DNA of 63,001 nt, the filler included, from Basidiobolus ranarum (taxonomy: Eukaryota), in NCBI GenBank assembly GCA_040143965.1. It is 4 parts of 4 records of this genome, joined end to end, with 100 filler letters (N's around TTAATTAATTAA, not from the genome) between each part and the next. Parts side by side here need not be neighbours in the genome. Positions count along the whole stretch, not along the records: positions 47,413 to 63,001 come from JASJQH010007248.1; 3 more parts are not named here. One strand, written 5' to 3'. The notes under the pieces are model-generated. The model worked only from the letters and a program-made list of their open reading frames with translations, ran no database searches and was not told where the DNA came from. Positions within the stretch are counted from its first letter, which is position 1. Each line of letters opens with the position of its first letter. Positions 54,320 through 63,001 of the stretch are shown here, piece after piece. The translations under genes and the position numbers were made by a program.

Positions 54320-55347
54320 AGAATGAACAAAAGGGTGAATTGGAGAAAGAAGATAGTCATTATGAATTGTTTATGATCCTTTTTCAGTAATCTAGGGAAA
54401 AATATTTTTATCGATTATTACTATCCTTTGCTACTTTATTCAATTTCTCTCAATATTGTATATTTTTACATTGACGGAAGAAAATCTTTATCTCAAAAGC
54501 TCAAAAAAATCTAATAAAATTGCGTTGAAAATGGAACCAAATAGCAATCATGTGTGAGAGTGACGCGGAGTGGCATTGACATTGAGGAGAGTCTAATATG
54601 TTTCTGTTTCAATCAGAATCAGTTGCATGAGGTTCCAATTGGAAAACATTTGATTATCTTGAGTTTACTCTTCAAACTGATCAAGTTTATGGGCATTTTG
54701 TGAAGCTAGGATATTGACCCGTTCAATAGTACTGGGCGGCAATGGTGTTGCAGATGCACAAGAGATCATTCACTCAATTGATAGACTGAAAGTTGGATAG
54801 TTGTATTATATAGCTGTTGTATGTTCTTCTGATGCTTCTAGACTCTTTAAAAGAAGTCACAATTGATGTAAAGCATTGTAATAAATAATTGATGCCATTA
54901 TTATTATTATCAGCACTATCAATCTCAAGCAAAATCTTGTATTTCTAACAAATGTCACGGGTTGAGAAGAACGTGCTTAGTAGATGCTGCATCTCTACTC
55001 TTGTGCCAACAAAACCTTTATGTACTTACAAGAGGATATGTTGGGACATTCCTAGTTCATAGTATATCCATGATTGTCGCCTTTTGGATTACCTATGTGT
55101 ATGAATGTCCGTTTACAAAAAACTGAGAGCTCAGAGTCACATGAAGATTCTGGAAATGACGTTGGCTCACTATTCCCCAACTCTTTTCAATTTGAACTTT
55201 AACATTGCTCAAATGATTTCTATTGGTTGAAAAGCAATGCTTGATGATAGATGTATTTAACCAACCTTTATCAGGACACTAAAGATGGATGCCGTAGTGT
55301 AAATATAATCTGGAAGGAGATATAGGTATAGATCTATATGAACAGAA

Positions 55348-57099
55348 TCATATAGGATTGGGTGGTTTTTCAACATGAATTTTTGGTACATCAATGCTTA
55401 GCCGGTTAAAAGGAAGTGAGCTAACCGAAGCGTCATTTTGTAGATCGGAAGAATCGTGACTTGTATCGCCGCCTTCTGATATTTCAGGAATGTTTGGGGA
55501 TAGTGAAGAGCGAGGGCTAGGACTAGGGCTTCGACTCTGGGCTGATATATCTCTACTCTCCACGCTCATAGTATCTGAGGAGCGACTCCAACGTCTGCTC
55601 ATACGATTGACAATGGTAATAACCTCCACCGCTTTGCGAAGTGTACGGCGTGGATTGAAATTCTCACGAACGTGACTAAGAAGGTCGACTTCTTGAGCAG
55701 TTTGCCCAGCTAGCCATCTATGATGTAATGCCTGTGCAGCAGTGAGACGTGTATCGGGATTAGGATCTAAAAGCTGTTTAATGAAGTCTTTGGCTTATAA
55801 CCATTAAAACGGAAGAATCAGTTAAACATTGCTAAAAAACATAGTTAATTATTTCACAAAAAAAATACCATCATCGGATATATTACACCAATACTTCTCG
55901 TCAAATCTATACTTCGCTCTGCGCAGGGCATTCAAATACTCAGGGTGGCCTTCCCAACGTTGAAACGGCAAATACCCACACAACCTAGCACGGTCAGGCA
56001 CATTGTAATTTAGGTACTGTGCATACTACATTAACGTTAATATATAAACTTACAGTATATATGTAATAATCCTAAGCAGGAGATATGATACAAATGCATT
56101 GAGTAGCAGCTCTTTATAGTTTTGCGAATAAAATAACAATAACAAACCCTATACTCCACATGTCAACTGGTTTCCCGTATCCTCTTTTCCAAAGAATCTC
56201 CGGTGCTATTTGCAATTAATAATCAATATCTAAAATATAGTAGAGAAGAGAGATACATGTCAGCTACCTGTATAGCCCCGAGAGCCGCAAACGGTTCTTA
56301 AAACATCTTGATCGTCTGTTACGGATTTGGCTACGCTAAAAGAGTTGTCATTAAAACAGTTCTTAGTAGTATGATCCATTCAAGCCCTACCCAAAATCCA
56401 CAATCATTAGAGGTGCATCAGGACTAGGATCCCGAAAAAGAAGATTTTCTGGCTTCAAGTCTAAATTTAAAAGTATCATAAAATGACAAATCCTCAATAT
56501 ACGCTGAGCTCATAGTTTGCAGTTTCGCGTGTATAAATTACCTCTATGAACAACATTTTTTTGATGCAAGTAAGCAACCGTTTCAACCAAGGTTCGTGTA
56601 ATCTTGACGGCATCTTTTTCTGTAAACTTCCCTTTTTCAATAATTCGGTCAAAAAGTTCACCACCTCTAGCCCTTTGAATATTGTTAATGGTCAGTTTGT
56701 AGATCAGTGTTGTTGTAAATGAATATTTTACAGTTCAAACACCAAATAGAATTTCTTTTTGGACTCAAACCAGTCAATAAGCTCTACAACATGAGGGTGG
56801 TGGAGTTTTTTCACAGTCTCAAGTTCTCTATAAACCATATCTAAACGTTCTCCCAATCGCTCCTTCAGGATGACTTTAATGGCCACTAGTTGTCCAGTTT
56901 TAGTGATTTGAGCTTCCTTTACTTCACCGTAACTTCCGGAACCTGAAACGTACGAATACTCTTACGTAAGTGATCATCGCTATGGTTATCGAGGTTGAAA
57001 CATGCATATAATACAATTACCTAATATTTTTCCAATCTTGTACTGACGTTTTTTTTCATGACTGGCCGGTTGGCCTAGAAGTCTGTCAACCAAGTTCAT
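55348..57099 (-). CDS. Ca2+/calmodulin-dependent protein kinase (CaMK1/Cmk-like), multi-exon
   Basis: [117 protein letters not shown], CaM-binding [18 protein letters not shown]. Confidence 0.93.
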
Positions 57100-58502
57100 A
57101 GTTTCTTATGCCGAAGATATATTCGTTAATGTCTGTAGCAAAGGGTGGAAATAAATGTATTAAAATAGTACAGGCAACTCAGGTCATGTGGCTATCTATT
57201 AGCTTCTCACCTGAGTCTATTAATCCAGTTTCCACCTGATGGTAAAAAAAAGCAAGTTAAGCCAATTAGCCCACAAAGCTTCGTTTGAATAGGTAGTCAT
57301 TCAATTGAGTATATGAAACTAGTTTGTTTGAATTTGGTGGCAATTTAGAATGAGTATAAATTACCAAGCCTGATTCATGCGCGCATTTTAGTAAGAAATA
57401 TGGCATGCTCAAGTTTCATACGTTTGAGATGTAACAATTCGATAAATACAATAATAGGCATAATTGTGTTACCAATCTTCCCCTAGAGATTTTGAAGATT
57501 GCATACGCCTGGACTTCCAGGATAAGTATACCAAATGCATCCTCAAACTCTAGCTTTGACACAATACATCCGATCAGATCACACATCATCAAGTAATATT
57601 CACGCTGATGACAATAACCCTAAAGTAATGAGTTGTGTTCCTTTGTAACTTGGCGGAGCTCTATACTTCTGCATACAAATCGATGCTCTGCTATTTCAGC
57701 TGATCCTGATTAACTTTTATATCCAAGGGCCAATAGCTGACTTGATGAAGAATGTCACATCCATAGATCGGGTATACGAAACCTTGGCCATGACGTTTGT
57801 CCCACCTTCTACTCAAATCCAATGGTAGAGGTGTCAAAGAGCTGAGTGCATGCATGAAGGTAACACACGATTTTGGACAATACCGAAGTGGTTTTATTAG
57901 TTTAAAGTGGGATTGTCTAGAGCAATAATGGCTGTTTTTGGACTGTTCTTGAGAGCTGGTATCAACATTACCTCAGTATGCTATTCAAAGTTGGCTCTCA
58001 AGAAGCCTAGTGAGGTTTGATTGAAGTGGTACTTCTCCCTCCTACGCTGGCATCCCCCTTCCCTACATGTCATCAGCTAGGTTACAGTTGGAAAGAGTCA
58101 CTGATCGGGCTCGCTTGGAAATCGCAAGTCTTTGTCAAGATTACAGAAACAAAGTTGAAACATCTGCATATTTAAAACGTCGCTAAAATCATATGTAATA
58201 TGTATCAATCATAATGACCATGGAAACAACCCAACAAAAAATGCAGTCATTAGCGCATATTAAAGCCACGATTTTCCTGGTTTCAGGTATAGTAGATAAA
58301 AGTACAAGTTATTGAGGTACTAATCTTATATAGATTTTCATTTTCATTTTACACTCAACATCCAGCAGACATCACACACTAAGACTTCTTCAAAATTGCT
58401 GTAGACTTACGAAGTATACTTTAGCACTTATTAATTCAAAATTGGCTTAGCTGACCCTCAGTGCTATAATCCAGCATCCTTCTAGGTATCAATATCTAAA
58501 CA

Positions 58503-59035
58503 ATGAAGCTACAACACTTTCTTTTAGCAACGTTGGGTTTTGTACTATCAGAAGGCTTACTTGGCGCATCAAAATTAAGTAAGTTTTCTATACCCGACAG
58601 TAAATCGAGAATAATCTTGAATATATAAGATCTCATCTACTGTTACAACAAATATACTTATTCATTATTCAAGTTCACGGAACACCACGTCAATCGTATA
58701 AAGGGTTGGAACTTCTTGAGCCAAAAGCTCTAAATATCGAATATAAGCATAAGATCCCATTGGTAATCTCGTCAGAAGTGCCCCTTGAGGAACCACCAGT
58801 GTGCTCTGCAACTCAACACGCTAGCACTATCGAGATAAAACAAGTTAAATTGAACAAGGCCCAAGGTAATATATACAACTTCACCATCATTTCCGTAGGA
58901 GAACTCCCACGTTCCGCTAGTGTCTCTCTGGAATGTGAAGCCATTACCAAGGAATCGGAGCCAAGCAGAGTTATATTAAAGCAGGTTTTCGTATTTAAGC
59001 ATTTCTCGGATACAAAGAAGGGAGTTAATATATAG
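58503..59035 (+). CDS. Small secreted hypothetical protein, 2 exons
   Basis: Signal-like MKLQHFLLATLGFVLSEG, GTAAG donor at about 58579, second exon with a beta-rich domain and two Cys (PVCSA...LECEA). Confidence 0.55.
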
Positions 59036-59829
59036 CCAAAAAGCACATTTCCTTTGAATCTTCCCAGACGTTCACTGTAAGATCATCAAAAACCTCACAA
59101 TAAAATCAGGTAGAAAACTTCTGCTTGAATATTAGCTATTTTGCCACATAACGAATCTATTTTTGAGAAACCCTTCAACCAATGGTAGCCCGCTAACTAT
59201 CTTTATAATATGACTTGTCATCTAAGGTATGATTCAAAATACCCTAGCCCTATACCCCCAATCTGCCGGTACTTCAAGTTCGAGGCTGACCAAATCTGGC
59301 CCGTATTTGCCAAACCATGGACTTCTAAATGGATAATCATCACAAAATAGCACTAATTCCAGTGCTGATAGAAAAATCACAAGTAGTGTTTGAAGATAGA
59401 TTTGATGGATCCATCTCCATTACGGAAAATCTTGAAGAACGGATCAGCACCAAGTGGTCGTCGTAAAAGGTATTATTTGGGGAGAGTTCTAGTCATATCT
59501 GAATTTATTTTTCTCGAATATCAATTTACAAAATCAAAATATGAACAAATGGTAGTGGATTCTGCAGCCATGAAAGGTGAACAAATTTTTCGTTTTACCA
59601 GCCTTCCTTTACAAGCGAGATAAAATGATTTTGTACATACGTATAGAAAGTGAACGACCTCAAAAAATGGTGGTTTTTGCTTGAAAAGTACGATGCGCCT
59701 GAGGATAGGGTATAAAATGTTTTGGTATAGAATCAGTGAAATTCGATAGAAAGGTAAGAAAAAAATACATAGAACTAATGACAAAATCTAATTCAAGCTT
59801 TTATACAAAGCACTGACATATATACCGGC

Positions 59830-61246
59830 TCATTGGTTGTCGGAGTAGCATTGGAAAAATGGATTCTTTCCACACTCCGCAAAATTCAAATGATCGGTGA
59901 GAGGTAGACTGTAGGCGCTAGATTGAGACAAGCAGTTATCAGATGCTGAGTCGTTATAGTAAAGATTCATCTCAGGCTCGCTGTTGAATCCTTGATTTAA
60001 CATTTGATAATCTTGGAACTGGTCGTTTGTAAACATCATATCAACGGAGTTTGATTTAGATGGTGTCCAGTTGACAATATTCGAGTCGCATAACAAGGGC
60101 TCAATCATAGTGGGTGTACATGGAGAATCCAAGTTGAAATTGTCTGGCATATCATTCCCCAAAAGGTCAAGGACGGCATTTGGATCACATCCAGAGTAAA
60201 AAGAGTTATCGGCCTCTGTAAAACTGTTACTTGGTGTAAACAGCTGTCCGTTGTAAAATGATTGTGTGTTTACAAGCTCGGGAGTAAAGTGGTTGGTTTC
60301 AGAGTTGAGATCAATTAGAGTACCAGGTCTATTACTTCCGGAAGAGTTAGCTAGGGAGAGAGGGTTTTTTTGAATTGGGGTTGCAGGCTGCCCCGACGTT
60401 TGGATGGGGGTGAGTGGAAGCTGAACTATACGAGAATAAGGCATGGCTTTTATACGTGACCCGCTGTTGTGGCCAATACTTCTCTTCTTGGTTGACATTT
60501 TGTAGGTTTTTTGGCTTTTAGGAGTATCAAACTCCTCAGAGGCCTTCTTGATAGATTTTTTACCTTCTAGGCAATGGGTTTCTTCCGAGTCTTTTTTCGG
60601 CGATTTTTCTATATGGTCATCATGTTGATCCGAGTTAGATTCATTCTTCAGATCCGATATGTTTTCCTTATCATGTTTCTTTTCCAAATCATATCCTTTA
60701 GGGATATCCAATTGCCCATTCTTGAAAAACTTTTGATAATCTTCTTTAACAATCCAATAGCTTCCCTTTCCAGGAGTTCCTTTCTCTTTTGGTAGCTGAT
60801 CAAAGGCTCGGTGAAGAGACAGGTTATGACGAATGGAATTCTGTGGGAAAAATCTATGGTTATTTACACCTGTATTATTAGCATATTATTGCTAAGTACT
60901 GTACCTGCCACTGCTTGCTGCAATACTGGTAGTATGTGTAGTGTTGTTTAATATATGCATAAATATCTTGTAGCAACAAACGTTGTTCTGGTGAATTCAG
61001 AATAGCTTGGGTGATGAGTGAAGCGTAGGTGAAATCTGGCTCAAGAACCAAACCTTTCGGAGTATAGGCGCAATTGCGCTGAGGATTATGAGATTGAAAT
61101 GGAATTTCAAAAGGAAACATCTCAGTGACTGGAGTAGAAGGGAGACTAGAGAAAGAGCAATCGGAGGTAACTGAAGATTCCCTAGAATAACTAGGTAGTG
61201 ACATAACTTCATGTGCAAAGCCAATAAATTCTGGAAATTGCTGCAT
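59830..61246 (-). CDS. Forkhead (winged-helix) transcription factor, 2 exons
   Basis: EPDFTYASLITQAILNSPEQRLLLQDIYAYIKQHYTYY...WQ, intron (about 60842-60905), then NSIRHNLSLHRAFDQLP...PGKGSYWI. Confidence 0.93.
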
Positions 61247-62837
61247 CTTGTTTATGTGAAGTAGCGTTCAGTGAGAGAAGTGATTCTAGATGGTCTGAGT
61301 AGATTGTGAAAGGAAAAAGGAGACAAGCCAGCTAAATCTTCACTATTATGTAAACACAGGAATCACCAGGACTAAATGATCGCGAGTTAGTTGGCGGACA
61401 TTGCTTGAACATTTATATATGATCAGAGTTTATCACCGGTTCGCCACAGGGGGATCCCCTGGTCAGATAAGAGGTCGAGAATTTGATATTAGAAGGGTGA
61501 GTGGTGAGACAGGATTTTGTCTGGAAGTCACCTGGAAATTGTGGATTAGTGAAGATTTTTCAACTCAACATGTAACTATTTTATTTGAGATTTTGCTGTA
61601 CAAACACTACTAACGGAGGCAATATTGACTATTTGCTCAAATGTTGGCTAACAACTAGCTCTTATCATAGGCTTCGACTCTTATAGCGCACGTAGAACAA
61701 CACTAATATAATGTCTACATCTATCAATCGATCATGAGGTGGCCCAGTTATGATAGGGATTGTAGATGAACTAACAAGAACTTGAAAGACACTACCATGG
61801 TGAATTAGACTCAATCTACTTAAAATGTAAGTGATCGATCAAATAGTAAACAAACTGAATGAACTACAGCCAATCATTCTTATATCAACAAAAGCGGATA
61901 TCCTGGATAGTTTCCCATTGGATAATAAGAGGCCAATTACAGTCATCATCAGCCAATATTTGGCGTGCCGCTCTGCCCAGCGCCGTATTACCAATCAATG
62001 ATAGTGATCTTGGGTTAGGTGACCACTCGGAAGTGTATTACAGGCATTATTTGCTTAATAGAAAGAGCTATGAAGTTCAAAAATAGTTGAGTATCTGGAG
62101 ATTAAATGGATCGAAATCATACTTAGCTACCTTCCGAGTCCACCTTGAAATATAAACATCACACCCCATTAGTTCTTTCATATGAGAGTAGGTATGCTAC
62201 CGATATATATAGCCTTGAGACTCATTCTCCGATATTTTTCCTCTCATCAACCAACACTGAAAAAATTGATCCGATAACTTGACCATCTTAGTATTGCTAG
62301 CTGCCTATTAATAAATCTCTCTCGCTATATATATCAATCTCCACTTGATTGTGCCAGAAAAGTCATCGAGAAAAGCTAAAGGTCTTTTAACAATTTGTGG
62401 AAAATTCGTTTTAGGCAATATGTTTCGAATCGTTGACCTTAAGGGGTGAGGAATCGAAAGAGATTCTAGAGCTTTTTAAAAAACTACCACAGGCATTACG
62501 TCTACATGGTAAACAACATTTAATCGATCATCTAATAATAACATATTTGATGCCAATAGGATTATCCTCTTTGCCGGAGAAAAATGTGTCTACCAAGCAC
62601 TCACTACAGATTAGTAGATACTTTTGCTGCATCGTTATCTATATCAAGTGCGAAGATAACTTACAAATATTTACAATTGCAGAAGCCATAGGCGATTAAA
62701 CCCTGCCCGTGATATATTCGTAGCTGGATAAAATAAATTCCAAGTATGTTGCACAATTTTAGGTCATCCATTTCGATCGCAATAATCTATCGATGAGTAT
62801 TATTATGTATGGCTTAGGTAATAAAACACCAAGAGAT

Positions 62838-63001
62838 TGTTAAAGTATTTGGGAGCCTGTTGGAAGTGGTTTGGAGAATTAGAGGAATTTGTGGTTTTCA
62901 CTTATTGATTTATTGAGTAGAAAGTTGACATTTATAGTTTTGTCAAGATGTAAACAAACTAACATGTAGAATATGTTAAGGAAGGTCCCAGGAACATGTG
63001 T
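62838..63001 (-). mobile_element. Dispersed repeat, probable LTR (copy 4, runs off the window end)
   Basis: Starts TGTTAAAGTATTTGGGAGC, the reverse complement of the 3' end of copies 1 and 3. Confidence 0.7.

Overview
Intron-rich, AT-rich eukaryotic genomic DNA. The gene content (CPA1 with an arginine attenuator uORF, MET2, RSP5, SYM1, ARP10, a PCL-type cyclin, a Kre9/Knh1-like GPI protein) and short GT-AG introns with CTAAC/CTAAT branch points indicate a fungus. An early-diverging (zygomycete-grade) lineage is inferred, not proven. The window holds about 20 protein-coding genes, five copies of a TGT...ACA-bounded repeat of about 320-350 bp (probable solo LTR), several decayed coding-like stretches and three 100-bp scaffold gaps. 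Highlights: (1) a spliced 26-codon arginine attenuator peptide uORF upstream of CPA1 that the ORF track misses; (2) an RSP5 gene with an in-frame TGA at a conserved Arg of WW2; (3) a single-pass membrane protein with a Frizzled-like cysteine-rich ectodomain and Golgi-sorting motifs, one of which depends on a GC-AG intron; (4) an intronless PX-PB1 protein; (5) a small protein carrying an uncharacterised STGSYGW domain. Exon boundaries were read by eye, and multi-exon genes are given as overall spans.
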